Assembly: GCA_049517335.1 (NCBI GenBank)
Contig: JBEKSD010000019.1
Coordinates: 1-18,821, forward strand
Source: Candidatus Omnitrophota bacterium
GTDB lineage: Bacteria > Omnitrophota > Gorgyraeia > Gygaellales > Profunditerraquicolaceae
Direction: 5' to 3'
DNA: 18,821 nt
Shown: one piece after another, positions 1 to 8,300 of the stretch
Layout of the letters: every line of letters begins with the position of its first letter
Numbering within the stretch: position 1 is the stretch's first letter
Position numbers and translations under genes: made by a program
Notes under the pieces: model-generated
What the model was told of the DNA's origin: nothing
What the model saw: the letters and a program-made list of their open reading frames with translations, nothing else
Databases searched by the model: none

Positions 1-77
1 TTCGAGCAAAATAAGCTAGAAAAAATTGCCAAGATGAATACCAACTTTAACATAGACATAAATTTCATCAACAAACA

Positions 78-108
78 GGGGTCAGAGCCAAAAAGCGGCT
101 CTGACCCC
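78..108. terminator. 12-bp perfect stem-loop just after the last PKS-operon gene; terminator or REP-like palindrome
   Basis: GGGGTCAGAGCC (78-89) / GGCTCTGACCCC (97-108) with a 7-nt loop, 6 nt past the stop at 115; only an imperfect U-tract (TGTTTGTT) follows on the - strand. Confidence 0.6.
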
Positions 109-114
109 GTTAAA

Positions 115-1017
115 TTATAACAGTTTCTCTAAATTACCACCTAAAATTGCTGATTTTTCTTCTTCGGAAATATCTAAGCTGCGCACGGCGTTGATTGAAT
201 CGCTGATATCCTTCTTTGCCGGCCAATCGCTACCCCAAAGAATGTGCTTTGCGCCAACCAGCTCAAGCGCTAAATAAAAATTACTCTTTATGGTATTGCC
301 GCCGGTATCCAAGTAAATATTCTTTAAGTAATCCGTGGGCTTTCCTTTTAAATCCTTAACAAAATTTATCCCGCGCAGCATTGAGTAGGTAGCGTCAAAA
401 CGCTGCTGCAAATACGGAATTGCTCCGCCAAAGTTAGCAAACACGAACTTTGTCTTGTAATCGCGTAAAATATCGCTCATTAAAAGCTTACCGATACAAA
501 TAGTCATATCAAAGACATATTCAATAACCGGCGTAAGCAAGGGATCCTGCACGCACTCAAATCCAATGGGGTTAACTATCTGCGAATGCACAAATATGGA
601 GATATTCCTCTTCTCTGCCTCCCTATATATAGGTAAGAACAGCTTATCATCCAGATACCTGCCATTGTAACTTGAGGCAAGGGAAAGCGCTTTCAATCCT
701 AACTCTTCGCTTGCTCTCTTTATTTCATCAACCATATCCTGCGAATTATCTACCGGCAGAATTGCCGCAGCGATAAATTTCTTAGGGAAACGCTTGATGA
801 TTTTAGCCACGTTATCATTATAAATTTTGGCCACCATGCTAAAACTACCTAGCTTCAGGTGCGCATCGGACGTAGGATAAGTTAATACTGCCGCAGCAAT
901 ACCCGCCTCATCCATCATCTTCACTTGAGCCTCAATATCGCCCCAAGCTTTATGGTAAAAATGCGCGTTAGAAATAATTTCTTCGGGTAACCAGTGGCTA
1001 TGGCTGTCAATAATCAT
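115..1017 (-). CDS. Amidohydrolase_2 family protein (ACMSD/aromatic-acid decarboxylase-like)
   Basis: N-terminal DSHSH metal motif, FVH, C-terminal GSDWP and ILGGN; TAATG overlap with the upstream gene. Confidence 0.85.
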   Translation of the reverse strand: MIIDSHSHWLPEEIISNAHFYHKAWGDIEAQVKMMDEAGIAAAVLTYPTSDAHLKLGSFSMVAKIYNDNVAKIIKRFPKKFIAAAILPVDNSQDMVDEIKRASEELGLKALSLASSYNGRYLDDKLFLPIYREAEKRNISIFVHSQIVNPIGFECVQDPLLTPVIEYVFDMTICIGKLLMSDILRDYKTKFVFANFGGAIPYLQQRFDATYSMLRGINFVKDLKGKPTDYLKNIYLDTGGNTIKSNFYLALELVGAKHILWGSDWPAKKDISDSINAVRSLDISEEEKSAILGGNLEKLL

Positions 1018-1409
1018 TAGTGCTCCGTACTCTTTAAGATGCGCTCGGTCATTTCTTTTTCATAGAGCACCTTTATATCATCCAGGCCCTTCTTGCCGAG
1101 CTCTTTTACAATTGCTTTTTCAATTGCCTTAAGCTTCAATTCCAGGAAGGCATAATCAGACTTAATTTGTTTTCCCTCAAATTTTAAACCTATGCCGTCC
1201 ATTTCCTTATTCAGGATATAGGCCTCAAACTCAGCGATGAATTTATCGCACTTCTTGTCCTTATTCTTTGACTTCATCTCTTTTAAGATGAATTTATCAA
1301 TCTCTAATTGAGTGAATTTACGCTCAATTTTATCCAGCGTTTCCTTGACGGTTTTGTAAAACCAAAGCAAATACCGCTTTTTTAAATTTTTAATTTCCTT
1401 TGTGTCCAT
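1017..1409 (-). CDS. Hypothetical, highly charged, probably helical protein
   Basis: 130-aa ORF inside the operon, 6-bp gap upstream, TAATG-coupled downstream; no motif recognised. Confidence 0.75.
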   Translation of the reverse strand: MDTKEIKNLKKRYLLWFYKTVKETLDKIERKFTQLEIDKFILKEMKSKNKDKKCDKFIAEFEAYILNKEMDGIGLKFEGKQIKSDYAFLELKLKAIEKAIVKELGKKGLDDIKVLYEKEMTERILKSTEH

Positions 1410-1415
1410 TTTATC

Positions 1416-2186
1416 TTATTTCCCAGGATGCGCTTGTTTAAACGGTATAACTGGAGCCGTCCACGGCGTTTGCTGATTAATAATTGCTATCTCCAGCGGG
1501 CAGACATTAGCCGGGACTGTTAAAGCAAATTTTACCGCATTTTCAATTGCTTCAGTGGTCATTAAACGCGATGTATCAGTGGTAACTTCCTTAAGTTTTC
1601 CGGTTAGCTCCGTATCGGTAACTCCGGGCAATAAAGAAGTAATCTTTATGCCGTGGTCGCGGATCTCCCAGAAGAGGCCCTTTAGAAAAGCGCGTAAGCC
1701 GACTTTCAACGAACTGTAAACAAGGAAGTTGCGCGGCAAGGGGTCACAGAGGGTTGAGCCGGAAACCATATTGATGATTGAGCCGGACTTTGCTTTAATC
1801 ATATCGTTAATCACCAGACGGATTAAGCGCACATAACCCAGATAATTCGTGTGCGCTAATTTTTCAAAATCCTCAATCGGCTGCTCCTGAAACGGGTACT
1901 GGCTGGAAACGCCGGCATTATTGATTAAGATATCGATTTTACCGAATTTTTCTTTAGTCTTGTTGACTAAATTTTCCAAATCCTCTAATTTTGCCACATC
2001 GCAAACTACCGGCAATACCTCAACTTTATATCTCTTGGCAATTTCATCCGCAGTTTCTTTTAATGACCCTTCCTGGCGCGCAGCTATAGTTAAATTAATG
2101 CCTAAGCTTGCGCAGGTAGAAGCAATAGCCTTGCCTATTCCGCGGCTTGCCCCGGTTATAATTGCTGTTTTTCCTTTTAATTCCAT
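1416..2186 (-). CDS. Classical SDR oxidoreductase (probable NADPH-dependent ketoreductase)
   Basis: TGASRGIG, AAR, NNAG and YSSLK (YxxxK) motifs; GGGGG SD-like site upstream. Confidence 0.9.
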   Translation of the reverse strand: MELKGKTAIITGASRGIGKAIASTCASLGINLTIAARQEGSLKETADEIAKRYKVEVLPVVCDVAKLEDLENLVNKTKEKFGKIDILINNAGVSSQYPFQEQPIEDFEKLAHTNYLGYVRLIRLVINDMIKAKSGSIINMVSGSTLCDPLPRNFLVYSSLKVGLRAFLKGLFWEIRDHGIKITSLLPGVTDTELTGKLKEVTTDTSRLMTTEAIENAVKFALTVPANVCPLEIAIINQQTPWTAPVIPFKQAHPGK

Positions 2187-2205
2187 TTTACCCCCCTATT
2201 TTAGC

Positions 2206-2649
2206 TTATTTACTTTTTGCAGCGTTCTCAATAACTTCTTTAAAAATCTTTAAATTATCTTTGGAATGCTTATTAATAAAGCCTTCCACTTGCTCGTCGT
2301 TAAATTTGGCCTTGTCATCCATTTCAAAGTGCTGAACCCAAGTCAGCTCCATGCCTTCTGGTTTTTGCGTATAGAGCCAGATTATCTTCATATATTTAAA
2401 GGGAAATTTCGGGTCATAGCGCTCAGAATAGGTAAAAAATTTATCCTTAAAAAGCAGCCGCCAGGAAACCCAGGATTTACCTTCATCATCAGTAAGGCGG
2501 AAGGTAATTTTATTATCTTTTTTCTCTAAAATTTCCGCTTTCTTGTATTCGGTGCCGAATAATTCCGTCCAGCGCGGGATATCATTTGAGATATCAAATA
2601 TCAGCTCATACGGCGCATTGATAATAATTGAATTGCAGGTGTGTCCCAT
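2206..2649 (-). CDS. Monodomain polyketide aromatase/cyclase (SRPBCC, TcmN/WhiE-ORFVI-like)
   Basis: NSIIINAP..NDIPRWTELF.EY..AEIL..FRL..WVSWR..PFKYM...W.Y...WVQHFEM closely follows the TcmN ARO/CYC pattern; GGAGG SD. Confidence 0.9.
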   Translation of the reverse strand: MGHTCNSIIINAPYELIFDISNDIPRWTELFGTEYKKAEILEKKDNKITFRLTDDEGKSWVSWRLLFKDKFFTYSERYDPKFPFKYMKIIWLYTQKPEGMELTWVQHFEMDDKAKFNDEQVEGFINKHSKDNLKIFKEVIENAAKSK

Positions 2650-2661
2650 TTTTTATCCTCC

Positions 2662-3459
2662 CTATATAATAGCCACCACGCGTGCCCAGGCAGCACCCGT
2701 ATTTTTTATTCTAACCGGGAAACAGTTAACCTTAAAGCCGAAATCCGGTATCTTGTCTAAATTCGCCAGGCGCTCAATATGGATAAACTCCCTCTTGCGT
2801 CCGTAAAAATGCGCAGGATATAACGCCTTAGTGTCTTTTTTATCCAAAAATTCTTTAAGCATGAAGCGGTAAGGCCGGTCTATACCCATTGTATCCACGC
2901 CAAAGATTTTTATTCCATTATCCAGCAGGTAATCAATGCTAGAAATGTCTATGCCGGGGTAATCCGTGAAATATTTAGGCGAGCCGTAAAGTTTATATGC
3001 TCCGGTGTGGATTAAAACGATATCCAGCGGCTTTAATTTATAATTTATTTTTTTAAGGGCTATTTTTAAATCTTCAGCAGTGATGACTTCATTGGGTTTC
3101 TTATAGGTGAGGTCAAGTTTTACCCCGTCCTGATAACAATACTCCAGCGGTATTTCCTCCGCTGTCTTTGAAGCGCGGCCTTCTGACTGGGAGCCGTAAT
3201 GAAAGGAATAATCAAGGTGTGTCCCGACATGCACCGGCGAATGGACTATCTCCAAAGAAAGGAATTCTTCGTCGGGGAGGTCTTCTTTTTTAACCATGCG
3301 TGAGCCTAAAAGATATTTAAGCTTACCCAGAAAAGTTTTTCCCATGAGCACGCGGTTAAATTTCTCAACCCCGGCTTTATGCGTCACCCTTTCAATATCC
3401 ACATGGTGGACTTCAAAAGCCTTTTCGTCTATTGGTAGACTCAGGTCAATAATTTGCAT
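2662..3459 (-). CDS. Polyketide cyclase, kynurenine-formamidase-like fold (OxyN/MtmY/SsfY2-like)
   Basis: IIDLS start, LPDEEFLSL, HVGTHLD metal motif, PKYFTD, PAH..GR.RE..IERL and FPVRI..GAAWAR. Confidence 0.9.
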   Translation of the reverse strand: MQIIDLSLPIDEKAFEVHHVDIERVTHKAGVEKFNRVLMGKTFLGKLKYLLGSRMVKKEDLPDEEFLSLEIVHSPVHVGTHLDYSFHYGSQSEGRASKTAEEIPLEYCYQDGVKLDLTYKKPNEVITAEDLKIALKKINYKLKPLDIVLIHTGAYKLYGSPKYFTDYPGIDISSIDYLLDNGIKIFGVDTMGIDRPYRFMLKEFLDKKDTKALYPAHFYGRKREFIHIERLANLDKIPDFGFKVNCFPVRIKNTGAAWARVVAII

Positions 3460-3460
3460 A

Positions 3461-3697
3461 TTAAACCCCCAGCTTGGACTGAATTATTTTCTCAATATCG
3501 CCTAATGTGGAAGATTTGGTTATTTCTTTGGGGCTAAGCTTGGTTGAGAATGCCTTTTCCAGGGCAATGACGATTTCTACCATTTCCGTAGAATCAACTC
3601 CAATGGAGTCTAGCAAAGAAACCCCCTCTTTTAATTCTTCCGGCCTCACCTTTAAGAGTTTAACTATTGTATCTTTTATTTTTTCTTTTGTAGCCAT
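3461..3697 (-). CDS. Acyl carrier protein
   Basis: 78 aa; IGVDS36TEMVEIVIALEKAF phosphopantetheinylation motif; AGGAGG SD. Confidence 0.92.
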   Translation of the reverse strand: MATKEKIKDTIVKLLKVRPEELKEGVSLLDSIGVDSTEMVEIVIALEKAFSTKLSPKEITKSSTLGDIEKIIQSKLGV

Positions 3698-3709
3698 TCT
3701 TTTTCCTCC

Positions 3710-5170
3710 TTAAATCTGTACTTCGCCCTTAGTTGCCGCCGCCTCCCATTTATTTATCCCATCCATAACATCCTTGAAGCAGAGCTTGGCCAGCGGGTCA
3801 AAATTGCTTTCCATAATCCGGTTAATCCTTCCCGGTTTAGAGAAAAATTCGCGCATGCACCATGAGCCAAGCCGGCCCAAATCCTCAATACTAAGGTGGT
3901 CTGTCGGGATAACCGGATGCAGGAAGTCCCAGGTGCTGAAATCTACCTTCTTGGGGTCAATCCAGTTCTTCTTTAAAGCGATCCTCCACATCGGAGAGTT
4001 TGGCGCAGGGGTAACGTAACCCACCCAGAGGATGTCCGGGTCAACCTGGTCAGTGAACTCAAAGCGCTGTTTGATGATCTCCTCGGTGTCATAGTCAAAG
4101 CCCATCATAATGTCGGCGACTATGGCAATATCATGCTTACGCAATATTTCAATGGTCTTCTTTATTTGGTCTATGGTGATACCCTTGGCGATTTTTTTAA
4201 GCTCCGACTGGGTGGTTACCTCAATGCCGAATACTCCCATAAACAACCCGGTCTCTTTCATCAAGGGAAGCACGGATTCGCAATTAACCCAGTCAATAGC
4301 CCGACCCAAAGAAACCCACTTGATGTCAATCTTCTTCTTTTTCTTTAACTCGCAGAATTTTCTTACGCGCTCAGGGTCTACGTTAAAATTATCATCCTGA
4401 ATCACCACTACCTTTACTCCGTATTTATTCTGCAGCAATTCCATTTCCTCTATTACCCGCTCCGGCGATTTAGCGCGCCATTTCAGAAAATCCGAAGGTG
4501 AGCGCGGGTCAAACTGGTCCCACTCATAGCAAAAAGTGCAGGCTGACGGGCAGCCGCGGGAAGTGACCATATCCACAAACGGCTTCCAGTAAGTATGCCC
4601 CACGTATTTATCCATAGGGAACAAGTCATACGCCGGTAAGGGGAGCTTATCCAAATCTGTCATAAGCGGCTTATGCGGCCCCATCACGATTTTTCCGCCA
4701 ACGCGCGAGGTAACCCCAGCCACGTCTTTAAAATCTTTCTTTTTATCGATTGCCTCAATCAGGTCGCCAAAAGATTCTTCTTCTCCCATAACCACGAAAT
4801 CCACGGCCGGGTTCTCTTCCAAAGTCGGTACCGGCATTGCCGAATACCATAAACCGCCGAGGATTATTTTTGTTTTAGGAAGGGCCTGCTTAATCTTCTG
4901 GGCTGCTTCTTTAAAATGCCTTAAAACGCCGTATCCGCCATACCCATGCAGCTGCTCACCCATGACCACAATATCAGGATTCTTCTCTTTAACCTGCTCC
5001 ACCAGCTCTTGCATAGGTATTTGATTGGCTTTTCCGTCAATTACCGCCAGATCCATATAGCCTCTCTCCCGGACATAGGCTGCCCAATGTGCATAGAGCT
5101 GATTCGGCGACCTGTGAATTCCATGCGTTGCCCAAGCGCCTACTTTCGGCATGACAAATAAAATCTTCAT
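3710..5170 (-). CDS. Cobalamin-binding radical SAM enzyme (class B / BchE-like)
   Basis: N-terminal B12-binding domain (PDIVV, IILGG, DFVVMGE), SRGCPSACTFC (CxxxCxxC), DDNF, GIE; AAGGAG SD. Confidence 0.9.
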   Translation of the reverse strand: MKILFVMPKVGAWATHGIHRSPNQLYAHWAAYVRERGYMDLAVIDGKANQIPMQELVEQVKEKNPDIVVMGEQLHGYGGYGVLRHFKEAAQKIKQALPKTKIILGGLWYSAMPVPTLEENPAVDFVVMGEEESFGDLIEAIDKKKDFKDVAGVTSRVGGKIVMGPHKPLMTDLDKLPLPAYDLFPMDKYVGHTYWKPFVDMVTSRGCPSACTFCYEWDQFDPRSPSDFLKWRAKSPERVIEEMELLQNKYGVKVVVIQDDNFNVDPERVRKFCELKKKKKIDIKWVSLGRAIDWVNCESVLPLMKETGLFMGVFGIEVTTQSELKKIAKGITIDQIKKTIEILRKHDIAIVADIMMGFDYDTEEIIKQRFEFTDQVDPDILWVGYVTPAPNSPMWRIALKKNWIDPKKVDFSTWDFLHPVIPTDHLSIEDLGRLGSWCMREFFSKPGRINRIMESNFDPLAKLCFKDVMDGINKWEAAATKGEVQI

Positions 5171-5197
5171 TTCATTTTCTCCTTTTTAAGTCAGTCC

Positions 5198-6430
5198 CTA
5201 TTTTGATTTCTCTATTACGATAGCGGAATTAATTCCCCCTCTGCCGCGTGAAATCACCAAGGCTTTATCTATTTTATATTCCTTGGCTTCTTTACTTACA
5301 TAATTAAGCGAATTTTCCGCAGGCTCATCCAAATTAATAGTGGGAGGCACAAGATTGTGCTCCATGGCTAAAATTGTAGTAATCAGATCAACTGCTCCGG
5401 AGGCGCCAAGCAGATTTCCATACATAGACTTGGGGCAGCTAAGCGGAATTTCCGCAGCCCTTTTAGCGAAAACAGTCTCTATCGCTTTAATCTCCGAACT
5501 ATCCCAGATATCTACGGCTAAACCGTCCAAGCTGATATAATCTATCTGCTCAGGAGCAACTTTCGCATCATCTAAAGCCATTTTAATTGCCCGCGCCAAT
5601 TCCCTGCCGTCGGAAGCCGGATTAATCCTGTTTACTCCGTCGCAGGTAGTACCGTATCCGGAAATAACGGCCATAATCTTAGCATTGCGCGACTTAGCGC
5701 GGCGGACGCTTTCCAAAACCATGATACCTGAGCCTTCCCCGATTACAAACCCGGAGCGTTTTTTATCAAAAGGCCTGTACGCGCTTTGCGGGTGCGCATT
5801 GTCCTTAGAGAGCGCGCCGTAAGTATTGCAGCATAAAAGCGCATAAGGCGTAACCGGCGCTTCCATGCCGCCGGATAAAATCAAATTTAATTTATTCTTG
5901 GCCAAAACCTTTTTTGCATACCCCACTGCCATAAGCGAGCTTGCCCTGTCCGCAACAACCGTCTTACTGAAACCCTTTATCCCGTAATAAATGGAGACTT
6001 GACCCTGGGGTGCTGCCGGGAACCACGCCGAAGCCATATAAGGAGAAACACCCTCCCTGCCTTCTAGATACAAATCGCGCAACTCTGTTTCCGCGTAAAG
6101 CCATCCGCCGATGGCATTTCCCAAAAATATTCCGATGAGACTGGGGTCTTCATTTTTAATATCAATCCCTGCATCCTGCAGGCTCATTTCCGAAGCAATT
6201 AATGCCATGTGCGAGAAAGCGTCAATTTTTTTTAAAAGCCTTTCGGAGACGTGGGAATATTTTTCCAAATCGTCAATTTGCCCGGCGATATGCGCGGGGT
6301 AAAGTGCTGCGTCAAACCGGGTGATCTCTTTGACAAAAGAACGGCCAGCCTTAATATTCGCCCAAAACTGCCTCTTACCTATTCCGGAAGGCGCGACTAT
6401 GCCGATACCTGTGACTGCTATCTTTTCCAT
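5198..6430 (-). CDS. Type II PKS chain-length factor (KS-beta/CLF)
   Basis: KS fold lacking the catalytic Cys and His residues; VSPYMASAWFPAAPQGQVSI is CLF-typical; TAATG-coupled to KS-alpha. Confidence 0.88.
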   Translation of the reverse strand: MEKIAVTGIGIVAPSGIGKRQFWANIKAGRSFVKEITRFDAALYPAHIAGQIDDLEKYSHVSERLLKKIDAFSHMALIASEMSLQDAGIDIKNEDPSLIGIFLGNAIGGWLYAETELRDLYLEGREGVSPYMASAWFPAAPQGQVSIYYGIKGFSKTVVADRASSLMAVGYAKKVLAKNKLNLILSGGMEAPVTPYALLCCNTYGALSKDNAHPQSAYRPFDKKRSGFVIGEGSGIMVLESVRRAKSRNAKIMAVISGYGTTCDGVNRINPASDGRELARAIKMALDDAKVAPEQIDYISLDGLAVDIWDSSEIKAIETVFAKRAAEIPLSCPKSMYGNLLGASGAVDLITTILAMEHNLVPPTINLDEPAENSLNYVSKEAKEYKIDKALVISRGRGGINSAIVIEKSK

Positions 6431-7692
6431 TATCCACCGAACCTTTTCAGTAATAACGAAGAGTGGATTCCGGAGAATCCGCTCGAGGTCTTAAGGATCA
6501 TATCTACTTTTTTCTCTATTGCTTTATTAGGGATGTAATATAAATCGCACTGCGGGTCTTTTTCCTCCTGATTTATCGTGGGAGGAAGGATATTTTTTTC
6601 AAAAATCATGGCGCAGACGGTAAGCTCTATAGCATTTGCCGCAGCCAGAGGATGGCCGATCATGGACTTAAAGGAGCTCGCTGGTAATTTATAGGCATAA
6701 GGACCGAAAACCGTTTTATAAGCGCTTGTTTCAAAAATATCGTTCATGCGCGTGGAAGAACCGTGGGCATTAATATAATCAACCTCATTCGGTTTTATCC
6801 CCGCGTCTTTTAAGGCTAAGCTTATACAGCTAACCATAGCCATACCGTCACCCGGCAAATCAGTCATGTGAAAAGCGTTGCAACTTGTGCCAAAACCGAT
6901 TACCTCGCAGTAAATATGCGCGCTGCGTTTTAAAGCATGGTTTAATTCCTCTAAAACCAGGATACCCGCGCCTTCGCCTAAGACAAACCCGTCGCGTTTA
7001 TTGTCAAAAGGCCGGCTGGCTTTTTCAGGCTCATCATTACGCACGGAGAGGACATTGACCACGTCAAACGCGCCGAAAGTTATGGGCGTAAGCGGAGCTT
7101 CTGCTGCCCCGCAAATCATCACATCATGCTCTCCGTCCTGAATTGTTTCAAGGCCAAAGCCCAACGAGTCGGTCCCGGCAGTGCAACCGGTAGAAAGCGT
7201 ACTAGAGATGCCTTTTAAGCCGTATCTTGTATTTAATTCTATGGATGGGGTATTAAACATCGCCGCGTCATATAGGTCCGGCCGGACTTTGCTGGGGTCA
7301 ATGGGCTTCTTACCGTCTTCGGTAACCAAGGCAAATTCTTCTTCCATATATTTTGTCCCGCAAATGGCATTGGCAAGGCAGACGCCGATACGTTCGGGAT
7401 TTTCTTTCTTAAAATTTAAACCGCTGTCTTTAGCTGCCATATCCCCGGCAACCACGCCGAACTGCACGTATCTATCCATGCGCATTGCTTCTTTGTGCGT
7501 AAGCCCCAGCTTAAAAGGGTCAAAATCACGCACCTCTGCGGCAATCTTGGTATTAAAAACGGAAACATCAAACCCGTCCACCAGCCTCACTCCGGAAACG
7601 CCGTTGCTCATCCCTTTCCAGACATTTTCTTTTCCTATGCCGTTGGGTGAGATTGTGCCAATACCGGTAATCACCACTCTACGCTTACTCAT
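6430..7692 (-). CDS. Type II PKS ketosynthase alpha
   Basis: RRVVITG start, STGCTAG (catalytic Cys), NAHGSSTRMND, KSMIGH, SGFSGIHS; KS-alpha-type EEEF..VT..G...D....PDLYD segment. Confidence 0.92.
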   Translation of the reverse strand: MSKRRVVITGIGTISPNGIGKENVWKGMSNGVSGVRLVDGFDVSVFNTKIAAEVRDFDPFKLGLTHKEAMRMDRYVQFGVVAGDMAAKDSGLNFKKENPERIGVCLANAICGTKYMEEEFALVTEDGKKPIDPSKVRPDLYDAAMFNTPSIELNTRYGLKGISSTLSTGCTAGTDSLGFGLETIQDGEHDVMICGAAEAPLTPITFGAFDVVNVLSVRNDEPEKASRPFDNKRDGFVLGEGAGILVLEELNHALKRSAHIYCEVIGFGTSCNAFHMTDLPGDGMAMVSCISLALKDAGIKPNEVDYINAHGSSTRMNDIFETSAYKTVFGPYAYKLPASSFKSMIGHPLAAANAIELTVCAMIFEKNILPPTINQEEKDPQCDLYYIPNKAIEKKVDMILKTSSGFSGIHSSLLLKRFGG

Positions 7693-7695
7693 AAA

Positions 7696-8292
7696 TTATT
7701 TACTCTCCTCTACTCTTCTTACCTTAAATACTATATTGCCACCGTCAGGGCAGGTAACCGTATCAATGGAATTGGGGTCAGGCATAAAGAAAAACTTGGC
7801 GCCAAAATTTAAGGCAAAGAGCGCTGGAAATGCGGTGTGGAAAGCCGCCCCGCAAAAACCCGGGATACATTTTAACCCGGTTGTTTCCCATTTGTCCCCG
7901 ACTTTATAGCCAAAAGTACATTTACCTTTGGCCTGGACCACTTCAATAACCATTTTTTTGGGGTTCGGCCCCTTATGCTTCGGGTCTTTGGGAATAAATT
8001 CAACTTTTCCTTCTTTATCCAAAATCTCGGCTTTAAATTCTAGCTTCCCGCCGTCAGGACAGGTCACTAAAAGGGAACGTTGGCTATCCCTAAAGCCGAA
8101 CTTTGCCCCGAAACTTAAAGCATAGATTACCGGGAAAAACGCATGCGCAAGGCCAAGGCAGAAAAATTTCGGCGGATGGGTAAAATCTTCCAGAAATAAT
8201 TCATCCCCGATTTTATAGCCATGATAACACTCGCCCTCAACTTTTGTGACCGTTAGTTTTAATCTTGGGAATGGCGTATTTACTTCACTCAT
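7696..8292 (-). CDS. Tandem two-domain TIGR04076-like Cys protein
   Basis: Two internal repeats, each G.C..GYK.GD / FC....H..FP...AL.FGAKF / VTCPDGG; Cys22,45,78 and Cys125,147,181; GAGG SD. Confidence 0.75.
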   Translation of the reverse strand: MSEVNTPFPRLKLTVTKVEGECYHGYKIGDELFLEDFTHPPKFFCLGLAHAFFPVIYALSFGAKFGFRDSQRSLLVTCPDGGKLEFKAEILDKEGKVEFIPKDPKHKGPNPKKMVIEVVQAKGKCTFGYKVGDKWETTGLKCIPGFCGAAFHTAFPALFALNFGAKFFFMPDPNSIDTVTCPDGGNIVFKVRRVEESK

Positions 8293-8300
8293 ACTTACCT

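Noticed and set aside
1-120. Edge ORFs: - strand MKFMSMLKLVFILAIFSSLFCS from 68 (signal-peptide-like), or a + strand frame open from 1 to 120
   Set aside because: Too short and truncated by the window edge to choose between them
5167-5183. Mini-ORF ATG-AAA-TGA overlapping the radical SAM start
   Set aside because: The SD is 3 nt from this ATG but 8 nt from the real one, so it is likely incidental
5198-7692. Ordinary FabF pair, or an aryl-polyene/ladderane cluster
   Set aside because: CLF-specific motifs, an aromatase and a cyclase are present, and there are no FabZ-like dehydratases
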